Shown piece after piece: positions 1 through 8,366 of a stretch of 35,777 nt of DNA (positions within the stretch are counted from its first letter, which is position 1; every line of letters starts with the position of its first letter). Under the pieces are notes generated by a model. That model did no database searches. It was not told the origin of the DNA and saw nothing but the letters and a program-made list of their open reading frames with translations. A program made the position numbers and the translations under genes. The stretch is from a virus, in the UHGV virus genome UHGV-0200169; one strand, given 5' to 3'.

Positions 1-11
1 ATATTGATATA

Positions 12-1139
12 TCAGGCTTTTTTTAACCTCTCTTTTGCGGCTGACATAGGAACTGACATAGAACTTTTATTGTTGATCTGCTGGCGAGCTGACTCAATTG
101 CGTCATCGGTAGTAGCTGTGTATATGTTTGCTGTTACGGATATGTCGCTGTGCCCCATCAGGTATTTTGCCACGTTGATGGGAACGCCGGCGTCTTGCAA
201 ATCTGTGCCGTATGTATGGCGCAGGCAGTACGGAACAAGATCATCGGCAACAGCATGAATAATAATCTGGTTTCGGTAAACGGTGGCGCCCATCTGGATA
301 TCAAGCGCCCGAAGAAAATTATTCCAGTAGCTTCGGATGCTTGACCTTGTGTGTATTTTTCCGGTAGTAGGCTGGGTGATCAGGTAAGCAAACGGGTCAC
401 CCGGGTAGATACTCCGTAGATCAGCGAGAAATATATCCGGGATAGGAATCTTTCGCGATCCGGATTCGCTCTTTGGTGGGCCTACTTCCTCGCTGCCCTT
501 TTTCAGAGCCTTTGTCACATGAAGAAATCCTGCGTCAAGATCAAGATCGCACCATTGTAACGGGATACACTCGCCAGGTCTCAAGCCACAGTAAAGCATA
601 AGTTTTATGTATAGGCCCGATCTGTGTGTTTCTGCCAACCTGAGTATGTGTTTGCGTTCTTCCGGCGTGATCGCACGACGAGAGCCGGAAGTGGATGCAG
701 GCAAATCTAATTCTTCCGCAGGATTGTACGGTATCAGGTGTTCCCGCACTGCGCTCTTGAACATACGGTATAGCGTTCCTCTCACTTTGCCCAGAAAAGA
801 TGCAGACCGCCCCTTTTGTGCGTTGAGCACCTGCTGGCAGTGGATCGGACGCACATCCTTCAACTTAAGGCTTCCTATGACCGGGATTATTTGATTGTTC
901 ATGATGCCGCGATAGTTGTTATAGCTTCCCACTCCCATGGATGGCTCGCAGTATGCTTTCAGCCATTTTGCGCCCCACCTTTCGACGGTAACCGTTGAAT
1001 CTATTACAATCCCATCGCGCTCCAACTGGGCCAGCTTTTTTCGTTTGTTCTGGGCCAGCTCTCTTTTGTTGTGTCCGCGAACTGTGTATGATTTTCCATC
1101 ATACCATACGGTTGTGCGGAGCTGTTTACTCTCTGCCAT
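12..1139 (-). CDS. int: Tyrosine integrase (site-specific recombinase)
   Basis: 375 aa. Catalytic motifs GLRPGE, PPKS, LRHTY, MGHS and ANIYT. RBS (revcomp of ctcctt, 1147-1152). Adjacent to att arm sites. Confidence 0.96.
   Translation of the reverse strand: MAESKQLRTTVWYDGKSYTVRGHNKRELAQNKRKKLAQLERDGIVIDSTVTVERWGAKWLKAYCEPSMGVGSYNNYRGIMNNQIIPVIGSLKLKDVRPIHCQQVLNAQKGRSASFLGKVRGTLYRMFKSAVREHLIPYNPAEELDLPASTSGSRRAITPEERKHILRLAETHRSGLYIKLMLYCGLRPGECIPLQWCDLDLDAGFLHVTKALKKGSEEVGPPKSESGSRKIPIPDIFLADLRSIYPGDPFAYLITQPTTGKIHTRSSIRSYWNNFLRALDIQMGATVYRNQIIIHAVADDLVPYCLRHTYGTDLQDAGVPINVAKYLMGHSDISVTANIYTATTDDAIESARQQINNKSSMSVPMSAAKERLKKA
41..61. promoter_or_regulatory. Integrase arm-type binding sites (P' side): CTGACATAG x2 at 12-bp period
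   Basis: CTGACATAG at 41-49 and 53-61. An identical pair with the same period lies at 35564-35584. Confidence 0.8.
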
Positions 1140-1150
1140 TGATTTTCTCC

Positions 1151-1254
1151 TTCCATTATTCAGTTTTTGTTGGTATAATGAAAGGGTAGTAGGCCGTTCG
1201 AAACTTACTACCCTTTGAACCGTCCTGGTGTTGGAAGCGCCGGGGCGGTTTTTT
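1151..1254 (+). ncRNA. Putative antisense sRNA unit upstream of int (promoter, hairpin, terminator)
   Basis: TGgTATAAT extended -10 (TATAAT at 1174-1179). Hairpin aaagggtagtag/ttactacccttt (~1181-1216). Terminator aaccgtcctggtg/cgccggggcggtt followed by a T-run (~1218-1254). Confidence 0.6.
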
Positions 1255-1262
1255 GTTGTGAG

Positions 1263-2390
1263 TTATTCTTTGTAGAGGATGATTTCTTCGGGCGGTTTAC
1301 ACTGGATCACCTTCTTCAAAGCCAGAGCGCCTTTCGTCTGCCCCAGGTGAATAAAGTACCCCACATGGTCACGCCAGAAGATCAAGCGCGCTTGCCCAAT
1401 CAGGCCGTTCTGCAAGTAGTAGACTTCACCGAATGATTCGTCTGGAGTAATTGGGACAGGATATTCCTTTAGCTTTCCGTATTTTTTCTCCCACTCCTCC
1501 GTGGTGCCGCCCTTGTCCAAGAAGTCCAACCAGGCTTCATATTCGGTGTCGTGAGCTTCAGTAGAACGTTTTGGGACGGCTGACTGATAATGCAGCACAA
1601 GGGGGTATTTTGCAAATTTCCCCGATGAGGTGTACGGGTTCCATTCGTAATATGTTCCGTGTCGAGAAAGCCCAAAGGCGAATTTGGATGTATCAAGAGA
1701 TAGCGGACAAGAGATGTATGCTAATTCGCAAGCACTCTGAACAACTCTATTTAGATATTCAACTTCAGCCTGTAACGATTTGAGGTCGTGCGAAGGAATT
1801 GTTTCGCACATAGCTTTCGGGTAATCCGGAATAACGCGGTATGCTCGTTCTTGTTGAGGGATGGAGTCAGTAGGGGAGCTACGTCGCAGCGGTTGAAGTG
1901 CGGGATCTGCGTTAGAGAGGGATGCAGTATGATTAGGCACAACGTCAGATGTGGAGAGGGAACGGTAATGCTGAATGCATTCCGGTGGCATTTTCTCCTC
2001 ATACTGTTGCAGATCAGAGTAGAACTTTTGATAGCGATTTTGCTTGCCTTTATCGGTCTTTAACTTTTCAGCCTTTTGGCAGGTATCAGCCCACATGCGA
2101 TCGATAAAGTTGTTGATAGTTTCAATCCTCAATTTACCAGAGGACATTTTCTTGAATTTCAGGATAAAACTCTCCCCGCCGAACTTGACACCTCGGACGC
2201 CGGTTGACTCCCTTTCGGCCATGAGCGCCAGCTTTTCCATGTAAAAATCGTACCGAGAGAAGAAAGTTTCTGGATTAGATGTTTTTTCCATAATTGCCGC
2301 AGACTCGTTTATCAAATCTAAATCTCTTTGCAAGGCGGCAAGAGTAACGCTTCTGTCTGGTCGCCCGAACAGTTGCTTCAAAATGCCCAT
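1263..2390 (-). CDS. Lysogeny-module accessory protein of unknown function (375 aa) carrying a MuF-like 21-aa segment
   Basis: Long ORF directly downstream of cI. Likely start MGILKQLFG at 2390 with GGAG upstream. Contains DTEYEAWLDFLDKGGTTEEWE. Confidence 0.85.
   Translation of the reverse strand: MGILKQLFGRPDRSVTLAALQRDLDLINESAAIMEKTSNPETFFSRYDFYMEKLALMAERESTGVRGVKFGGESFILKFKKMSSGKLRIETINNFIDRMWADTCQKAEKLKTDKGKQNRYQKFYSDLQQYEEKMPPECIQHYRSLSTSDVVPNHTASLSNADPALQPLRRSSPTDSIPQQERAYRVIPDYPKAMCETIPSHDLKSLQAEVEYLNRVVQSACELAYISCPLSLDTSKFAFGLSRHGTYYEWNPYTSSGKFAKYPLVLHYQSAVPKRSTEAHDTEYEAWLDFLDKGGTTEEWEKKYGKLKEYPVPITPDESFGEVYYLQNGLIGQARLIFWRDHVGYFIHLGQTKGALALKKVIQCKPPEEIILYKE
1488..1550 (-). repeat. 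63-bp repeat, copy A (inverted relative to 19749-19811)
   Basis: 58/63 identical to copy B. The last 31 nt are identical. Confidence 0.95.
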
Positions 2391-2404
2391 GATACACTCT
2401 CCAA

Positions 2405-3148
2405 TCATCTAAAATAATCCCTCGAACAAGCTCCTAGGACTTTACCGTATATCTTTGCGGGGGTATCGGCCAGCGGCCGAAGGACAGCGTAGGCGGGGTT
2501 ATGGGAAACAAGTCCATCAATGCCATACTCTTTAATGTATAGGTCAGCGCCGATGGCGAAAAGACCTACATCTCCATGCTGGAGCGTTTCCTGCGCGCGA
2601 ATGAATACCCACTGCCCATCGCGGTAGGTTGGCTCCATGGAATCACCATGTACCGTGACGAGGAAAGATGCGCCTGCTGGTGGGCGCTTTACGAGATCGA
2701 CTACATCATATGATGTGTCGTCATTGAAGTCACCCAAACCAGCCGATGCCGGTTGAATATAGTGCCGCATAGGGAACAGCTCAATGACGTGGGTGGAATC
2801 TGCGCTCATCCTGCGTTCTTCCTCGGAAATGACAGCACACACAACCAACTTTCCGTGTTCATCCAACTTCTTATATCTGTCAGCAATGCTACCTGCCGTA
2901 TCCACTTTGGGTGCGGCGTTTTTTTGTTTTGCGTGCGGGCTGACAGGCTCGGGCATTCCGTTTAATCGCTGTAGAGATACCCCCAACCCCTCGGATAATT
3001 TGAAAGCTACACTTAACGCAATCTTTTTTTGGTGTCGGTCAATTATGCTCCTAACGGTTGAATCAGTTAATCCACAAAGGCGTGCTACATCAGGAATAGA
3101 TAAGCCCTTTTCTTGCATGATGAGGCTAAGAATTTCGTGGAACTCCAT
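2405..3148 (-). CDS. cI: CI-like repressor: XRE HTH plus S24 (LexA-type) autopeptidase
   Basis: Start MEFHEIL after AGGAGGT. HTH LSIPDVARLCGLTDSTVRSI. Cleavage site ASAG; catalytic GDSM and YIK motifs. Confidence 0.93.
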   Translation of the reverse strand: MEFHEILSLIMQEKGLSIPDVARLCGLTDSTVRSIIDRHQKKIALSVAFKLSEGLGVSLQRLNGMPEPVSPHAKQKNAAPKVDTAGSIADRYKKLDEHGKLVVCAVISEEERRMSADSTHVIELFPMRHYIQPASAGLGDFNDDTSYDVVDLVKRPPAGASFLVTVHGDSMEPTYRDGQWVFIRAQETLQHGDVGLFAIGADLYIKEYGIDGLVSHNPAYAVLRPLADTPAKIYGKVLGACSRDYFR

Positions 3149-3170
3149 AGGACACCTCCTTCCTAAAGAG

Positions 3171-3275
3171 AGCATAGCACAAAAAATAACGCATTGCAAG
3201 ATAAAAAAGAGAAAATGGTATTGACTTTTAACGCATTGCGTTGTACTATTGTAGTGGATATAACGCATTGCGTTA
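3171..3275. promoter_or_regulatory. Lysis/lysogeny switch: divergent promoters and three operators
   Basis: Rightward TTGACT(3221)-17-TACTAT(3244). Leftward TTGCAA(3199-3194)-17-TATGCT(3176-3171). Operators TAACGCATTGCaagA (3187-3201), TAACGCATTGCGTTg (3229-3243) and perfect TAACGCATTGCGTTA (3261-3275). Confidence 0.88.
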
Positions 3276-3294
3276 ACGAAAGGAGGTGTTTGCA

Positions 3295-3546
3295 TTGAGA
3301 GCGAGTAACATTGCTTTTTGCAATCTACGTGCAGAGATGAGCCGTAAAAATATCGGCATTGTAGAGATGGCAAACGAACTTGGATGGAATAGGGGCACGT
3401 TAGCTAGGAAATTGTCTAAACGGTCGCCGCTGAATCTGAATGAAGCGTTTGACATTCAGCAAAGATTTTTTCCTGGTTTAGATATTGTTTATCTTTTCCA
3501 GGAAGCAAAATGCTCTAATTCTGGCCAGAGCGACGAAGCAAGCTGA
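3295..3546 (+). CDS. cro: Cro-like XRE HTH regulator
   Basis: First gene divergent from cI. AGGAGG then a TTG start. NLRAEMSRKNIGIVEMANELGWNRGTLARKL HTH. Confidence 0.85.
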   Translation: MRASNIAFCNLRAEMSRKNIGIVEMANELGWNRGTLARKLSKRSPLNLNEAFDIQQRFFPGLDIVYLFQEAKCSNSGQSDEAS

Positions 3547-3559
3547 AGGAGGTGAGAAC

Positions 3560-3784
3560 ATGGCAACAAGGGTAGAAATCGCAGCGGATATGCGCCGCAC
3601 ATTCGGCAGCAACGCACTCACCAAGAAACAGGTGGGGCAGTACTTAGGCAAGAAGGACCGAGCGACATACGAGTTCCTCCGTGATGTGGATGCAATTCCT
3701 TCCTCTGGCGGCAAGCGGCGGACGTACCTGGTCATTGACCTGGCGCGAAAACTTGAACGGATGCAAATTCCGGGCAGCAACTGA
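3560..3784 (+). CDS. Small DNA-binding protein, possibly excisionase-like
   Basis: 74 aa, strong RBS, LTKKQVGQYLG helix-turn-helix-like segment. Confidence 0.65.
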   Translation: MATRVEIAADMRRTFGSNALTKKQVGQYLGKKDRATYEFLRDVDAIPSSGGKRRTYLVIDLARKLERMQIPGSN

Positions 3785-3798
3785 AAGGAGGAACCAGC

Positions 3799-3957
3799 AT
3801 GAAAGTAGCAGTCAACCTGCGCCTGCCCAACGGCGCAGAGAAAACGCTGGTGTACGGAGCCAAGCACGTTGCGGATGCGTACACCAAGGCCAAAGAGGAC
3901 CATCCGACCTGGGAGGTTATCGCGGTGTCGGTAGCTGGAGGGGAGGACGTGAAATGA
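3799..3957 (+). CDS. Hypothetical protein (52 aa, not in ORF track)
   Basis: GAAAGGAGG RBS. MKVAVNLRLPNG...GGEDVK. ATGA overlap with the next gene. Confidence 0.75.
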   Translation: MKVAVNLRLPNGAEKTLVYGAKHVADAYTKAKEDHPTWEVIAVSVAGGEDVK

Positions 3958-4364
3958 GAGGAACCAACACGAAAATTAAACGAGTTGCAGCGGCCACGCT
4001 GGCGGGCGTCATGCTTGCCGCTCCTCTGAGCGGTTGCTCGGAAGCGAGCAGAGTGCGGCGCAACCTGAACCAGGAAGCGGACAACTTTAACATTCAGCGG
4101 CGCATTACGGTGCTGAATGCACGCACCGATAAAGTGTTGCTGGAAATGGAGGGGACGTTTAGCCTGTCCAACAACAGCGACAACGAACTCGTTGTGACCT
4201 GCGAGGTCGGCGAAGGGAAGTATCAGAAGCATTACATCTACCTGAACGACTACACCCTCTATGTGGTGGAGGACATCAGCGGGGCAAATGTGGATCCCTA
4301 TCATTATGAGCTGAACATTATCCCTGAGATGGTGGGTGGCGTAAAAGTCACAAGCAAGAAGTGA
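3954..4364 (+). CDS. Predicted lipoprotein
   Basis: Basic N-terminus, hydrophobic stretch, lipobox LSG-C, beta-rich mature part. Confidence 0.8.
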   Translation: MRGTNTKIKRVAAATLAGVMLAAPLSGCSEASRVRRNLNQEADNFNIQRRITVLNARTDKVLLEMEGTFSLSNNSDNELVVTCEVGEGKYQKHYIYLNDYTLYVVEDISGANVDPYHYELNIIPEMVGGVKVTSKK

Positions 4365-4385
4365 TCGGCAAAGGGGGGAACCGGC

Positions 4386-4718
4386 ATGAAAATCGAGGAA
4401 GCGATCCGCTATTTTGAACGGGAGCTGGAAGGCACCGAAGAGACAGAAGCGTGGCTTGCCGCACAAGAAATTGATGATGGGGTGTTGGCCGCCTGTGCGG
4501 CAGAGCTGGAAGCCACGCGGCTGGCGCTCAAAGCGCTGCGTGAGAAGCAGGCCAGCGCATCCAACGCAGAAATTATTACACAGCTCCGGCGGGTCGCTAT
4601 TGACCGACACTGCTGTCTTGGCTGTGGCCATGAGCATAACTGCGGTATCCATGGATGCGCTATCATCCGAGCAGCTATCGGGCGTCTGGAGCGCCGGAGT
4701 GAGGAGGAAACCAAATGA
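4386..4718 (+). CDS. Hypothetical protein with Cys/His cluster (CCLGCGHEHNCGIHGC)
   Basis: ORF with RBS, coupled to the next gene. Confidence 0.75.
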   Translation: MKIEEAIRYFERELEGTEETEAWLAAQEIDDGVLAACAAELEATRLALKALREKQASASNAEIITQLRRVAIDRHCCLGCGHEHNCGIHGCAIIRAAIGRLERRSEEETK

Positions 4719-5299
4719 ACAACAGAAAGTATGAGTTGCTACAAGACCAGACAATTGAGTGGCGCGGACGCACGCTTTACCGCATCCGTGCGCTGCGGGG
4801 CTTTGGGGCTGTCCACGCTGGTGACGTCGGCGGCTACATAGAGTGTGAGCGCAATTTGTCGCAAGACGGCAACGCCTGGGTCTACGGCAACGCCCAGGTC
4901 TACGACAACGCCTGGGTCTACGGCGACGCCTGTGTCTGCGACAATGCCTGGGTCTGCGGCGACGCCCAGGTCTATGACAACGCCTTGGTCTATGGCAACG
5001 CCTGGGTCTGCGACAACGCCAGGGTCCGCGGCGACGCCCAGGTCTGCGACAACGCCAGGGTCTGCGGCGACGCCTGGGTCTACGGCAACGCCTGGGTCTA
5101 CGGCAACGCCTGTGTCTGCGACAACGCCAGGGTCCGCGGCAACGCCAGGGTCCGCGGCGACGCCTGGGTCTGCGGCAACGCCTGGGTCTACGGCAACGCC
5201 TGTGTCTGCGACAACGCCAGGGTCTGCGGCGACGCCAGGGTCTGCGACAATGCCTGGGTCTACGGCAACGCCAGGGTCTGCGACAACGCCGATGCCTAA
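4715..5299 (+). CDS. Hexapeptide-repeat (beta-helix-like) phage protein
   Basis: N-terminal KYEL...LYRIRALRGFG...GGYIE domain followed by 23 [GD][ND]AxV[YCR] repeats. Confidence 0.85.
   Translation: MNNRKYELLQDQTIEWRGRTLYRIRALRGFGAVHAGDVGGYIECERNLSQDGNAWVYGNAQVYDNAWVYGDACVCDNAWVCGDAQVYDNALVYGNAWVCDNARVRGDAQVCDNARVCGDAWVYGNAWVYGNACVCDNARVRGNARVRGDAWVCGNAWVYGNACVCDNARVCGDARVCDNAWVYGNARVCDNADA
4868..5290 (+). repeat. 18-bp tandem repeat, 23.5 units (GRC RAY GCC nnn GTC YRY)
   Basis: Read directly unit by unit. Confidence 0.95.
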
Positions 5300-5474
5300 C
5301 TACACCAGCGTCTGCGTCAAGTGCGCCAGATGCCGCCTGTACCGTCAGCGCCGCTGCAAGGGTCTGCTGGACTACCAGCGGCGGTGGTGCCCGGAGTGGA
5401 TTACATACGGGATGGTGGCGGACGCTTGGGGTCGGCGGGTGCAGACAAGACAACTGAGGAGGTATGACAAATGA
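5292..5474 (+). CDS. Small Cys-rich hypothetical protein (MPNYTSVCVKCARC...)
   Basis: ATG overlaps the end of the repeat gene. Stop overlaps the next ATG. No clear RBS. Confidence 0.55.
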   Translation: MPNYTSVCVKCARCRLYRQRRCKGLLDYQRRWCPEWITYGMVADAWGRRVQTRQLRRYDK

Positions 5475-5824
5475 CGATCATCGATGACGCCCTGGCTGAG
5501 GCTTCGGAGCGTGTCAAGGAGCTTAATGCGAAACTCGAAAACTACCTTGCCGGGTACGAGCCGGAGCCCAGTGCTGACGTGTCTCCTACCCCAGCAGACG
5601 AGACGCGAGCAGAACAGCTGTGGGACAACGACCGGCGTCTGTTTGTACGCAACCTGGGTTGGCTGCTGAGCCAGACTCGGTGCGGCGTGGTGTCCTGCGA
5701 GCTGTACGGAGACCAGGACCGCGAGTATGTGATCGCGCGGTACGACCACGGCGGCAAGCGGGAGATCGACGTCACTGCGGACAGCTATCTGGCGATCATC
5801 AAGGACGTGACCAAGCGAGTGTGA
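5471..5824 (+). CDS. Hypothetical protein
   Basis: GAGGAGG RBS, 117 aa. Confidence 0.8.
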   Translation: MTIIDDALAEASERVKELNAKLENYLAGYEPEPSADVSPTPADETRAEQLWDNDRRLFVRNLGWLLSQTRCGVVSCELYGDQDREYVIARYDHGGKREIDVTADSYLAIIKDVTKRV

Positions 5825-5837
5825 AAGGGGAACTAAC

Positions 5838-6044
5838 ATGACACAGAGAACAAAATGCACCTGCCAACTGGTCGTTGGCATCACCGGCACCGTAATGGGC
5901 GTAGCGGCCTGGGCGACTGCCGGACACATGGTGCTGCTGGGCAACTGGCTGCCTGCCAGCATCACCATGTGCGCCGCTGCCTGGATGATGTCGGTGGCCG
6001 AGACGGCCTTCGACCGGATGCTGGCGCGGAGGCTCAAGCTGTGA
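5838..6044 (+). CDS. Small membrane protein (2 predicted TM segments)
   Basis: RBS and hydrophobic segments. Confidence 0.7.
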   Translation: MTQRTKCTCQLVVGITGTVMGVAAWATAGHMVLLGNWLPASITMCAAAWMMSVAETAFDRMLARRLKL

Positions 6045-6358
6045 GCCGCAGACCCTGCACCCATTGCCAGCGCCTATGGAGCGCCCAAACCCTGGTGACA
6101 GTCGGCGCGGCGGAGCTGTGTCCAGTCTGCTATAAGCAGCGGCGCCGGACGCGGAGATTGTGGCCGTGCAGAGACTGCACGTTGGAGACCGACAGGACGC
6201 TGGTCTGCCACGACAAATGCCCGCGGTACGCAATGCACCGTGCCCTCATTTGGGCGGGTAAGCCCAGCAAGGGTGACCGGGCGGCAGCAGAGGTGACGCT
6301 GGAGGGCAAATTGCGGAGTATCCGGCACAGAGGAACCGGAAAGGTCGCCCAAAGATAA
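6041..6358 (+). CDS. Cys-rich hypothetical protein (CxxC motifs)
   Basis: GTGA overlap start. CTHC, CPVC, CRDC and CHDKC motifs. Confidence 0.65.
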   Translation: MSRRPCTHCQRLWSAQTLVTVGAAELCPVCYKQRRRTRRLWPCRDCTLETDRTLVCHDKCPRYAMHRALIWAGKPSKGDRAAAEVTLEGKLRSIRHRGTGKVAQR

Positions 6359-6443
6359 AAGCCGCCGCCGGAGGGCCTAATCTCCGACGACGGCAGTAGA
6401 AAAATACCAACTGTATTGTACACCAAGGAGGTACAAAAAGCAA
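6357..6443 (-). ncRNA. Putative ~50-nt antisense sRNA unit upstream of the SMC-like gene
   Basis: Minus-strand TTGCTT(6443-6438)-17-TACAAT(6420-6415). Terminator gccgtcgtcggag/ctccggcggcggc followed by TTTT. Confidence 0.6.
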
Positions 6444-8362
6444 TGAAAACGATCACGATCCAGCGCCTGACCCTGGCGAATTTCAAGGGTTGCCACAGCC
6501 TGACCTTGGATTTCCAGGGACGGGACTGCTCCATCTACGGCGACAACGCCACCGGCAAGACCACCGTCTATGACGCCTTCTGCTGGCTCCTGTTCGGTAA
6601 GGACAGCAGCGGCGCGGCCAAGTTCGATATCAAGCCTCTGGACGAGACCGGCGCCGTGGCAGATCATGGGGCGGAGACCAGTGTGGAGACGATCCTGTCG
6701 GTGGACGGTCAGGAAGTGACCCTCAAGCGTACTTATTTTGAGCTGTGGAGCAAGAAGCGGGGGAACAAAGAGGCTTCCTTTGACGGTCATTCCTCTGGGT
6801 TCTACTTCAACGGTCTGCCCATGGCCAAGAACGAGTTTTCCAGCCGAGTCGCTCAGCTGTGCGATGAGAACAGCTTCCGCACCCTGACAGACCTGCGCTG
6901 GTTCTGCGCAGGGGAGAGCGAGACGAACCGGAGAGCAGCCCTCTTCGACCTGGTAGAGGACGTATCAGACGAGGATGTCCTGGCATCTGACCCGGCGTTC
7001 GCCCCGCTGGCGGATGCCCTGGGTGGCCTGACGGTGGAGGAGGCCAAGGCGGCCTACCAGAAGCAGCGCAGGAACCTCCAGACCAAGGCCAAGACCACAC
7101 CAGCCAGGATCGACGAGCAGAAGCGCACCATCAGTGAGTATGAAGCGGTAGATTTTGCCGCCCTCCGCACGCGCCGGGATGAGCTGGCAGGGCAGGAATC
7201 CGCCGCCAGGGAAGCGCTGGAGCAGCTCCGGAGCAAGGCGGGCACCTCTGCGCTCCTGCCCCAGCGGGACGGGCTGCGGATGCAGCTGGAGGCGTTGGAG
7301 AGCCAGAATGCAGCCCATCGCAGTGGGCAGCGGACAGCAGACCCAACCCAGCTGCGCTGCCAGAAGGAAGGCTTGGAGCGCCAGGGGCAGGCCATCGCCC
7401 GGGAGTTGGAGCGCAACCAGCGGAGCCAGCAGCAAGGCCAGACGGCCGTCCAGTCGTGTCGGGAACAGTGGAAGGCGACACAGTCCATGACCTTTTCCGG
7501 CGGTACCTGCCCCACCTGCGGCCAGACGCTGCCAGCGGATCAGCTGGCAAAGGCCGCGTCTGAGTTTGAACAGCGCAAGAAAGAGCACCTTGCCAAGCTG
7601 GCAGAAGAGGCGGGAGCACGCAAGGCCGAGCTGGAAGCTCTCCAAGCCAGGGCTGACGAATTGCGGACCGACCAGGCGCAGAACGAGCAGGACTGCGCTG
7701 AACTGGCGCAGCAGCTGGCCGCGGCGGAAGCGCTGGTCATCACTGACCTGGACGGTTACGGAGGACGGAAAACACGCCTGACCAGTCAGCTCCAGGAGTT
7801 GGAGGCGCAGATCGCCCAGGCCAGCCGGGACACCCGGCAGGCAGAGCAGGAGGCGGAACGGCGTTGGTCAGAGACGCGGGAAGCGTTGCGTCGAACGGAG
7901 AGCGCCCTGGCGGGAGAACAGTTCCTGACCGCCGCCCGGAAGCGTGTGGCGGAGCTGATGGCGGAACAGCAGCAGACGGCGGCGGAGACAGAGCGGCTGG
8001 ATAGCTTGCTGGATCTGTGCGACCAGTTCACCCGGGTCAAAGCGGAGTATATCAGCCGGGAGGTCAGCGGACGGTTCCGGTTGGTACGCTGGCAGCTGTT
8101 CGAGGAACAGATCAACGGCGGTCTCCGGGACTGCTGCAAGGCCACCATCGACGGTGTGCCCTACGCCGACCTGAACAACGGGGCGAAGATCAACGCCGGT
8201 CTGGACGTGATCGCAACCCTGAGCCAGGCCAAGGGCATCCGCTGCCCGCTGTTTGTGGACAATGCCGAGAGTGTCACCCAGCTCCTGGAGATGGACACCC
8301 AGGTCATCCGCATGGTGGTCAGCGAAACGGATAGGCAGTTGAGATTGGAAAGGGAGGATTGA
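6443..8362 (+). CDS. SMC/Rad50-like coiled-coil ATPase
   Basis: LANFKG, Walker A GDNATGKTT, long coiled coil with CPTC zinc hook, signature LNNG, Walker B LFVDNAE. Confidence 0.9.
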   Translation: MKTITIQRLTLANFKGCHSLTLDFQGRDCSIYGDNATGKTTVYDAFCWLLFGKDSSGAAKFDIKPLDETGAVADHGAETSVETILSVDGQEVTLKRTYFELWSKKRGNKEASFDGHSSGFYFNGLPMAKNEFSSRVAQLCDENSFRTLTDLRWFCAGESETNRRAALFDLVEDVSDEDVLASDPAFAPLADALGGLTVEEAKAAYQKQRRNLQTKAKTTPARIDEQKRTISEYEAVDFAALRTRRDELAGQESAAREALEQLRSKAGTSALLPQRDGLRMQLEALESQNAAHRSGQRTADPTQLRCQKEGLERQGQAIARELERNQRSQQQGQTAVQSCREQWKATQSMTFSGGTCPTCGQTLPADQLAKAASEFEQRKKEHLAKLAEEAGARKAELEALQARADELRTDQAQNEQDCAELAQQLAAAEALVITDLDGYGGRKTRLTSQLQELEAQIAQASRDTRQAEQEAERRWSETREALRRTESALAGEQFLTAARKRVAELMAEQQQTAAETERLDSLLDLCDQFTRVKAEYISREVSGRFRLVRWQLFEEQINGGLRDCCKATIDGVPYADLNNGAKINAGLDVIATLSQAKGIRCPLFVDNAESVTQLLEMDTQVIRMVVSETDRQLRLERED

Positions 8363-8366
8363 GCGT

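Noticed and set aside
3013..3022. Fourth operator inside cI (TAACGCAAT)
   Set aside because: Only a half-site, so it could be chance.
3149..3373. 75-aa N-terminal extension of CI in the ORF track
   Set aside because: It overlaps the switch region and cro. The RBS supports a start at 3148.
4868..5290. CRISPR array or DGR variable region
   Set aside because: The units are contiguous 18-mers with no spacers and are in-frame coding. Variation is not confined to adenines, and no reverse transcriptase or cas gene is present.
3732..5453. 573-aa minus-strand ORF, and the 209-aa alternative frame at 4845-5474
   Set aside because: Shadow frames of the stop-free repeat and GC-rich genes. Only 5292-5474 is kept.
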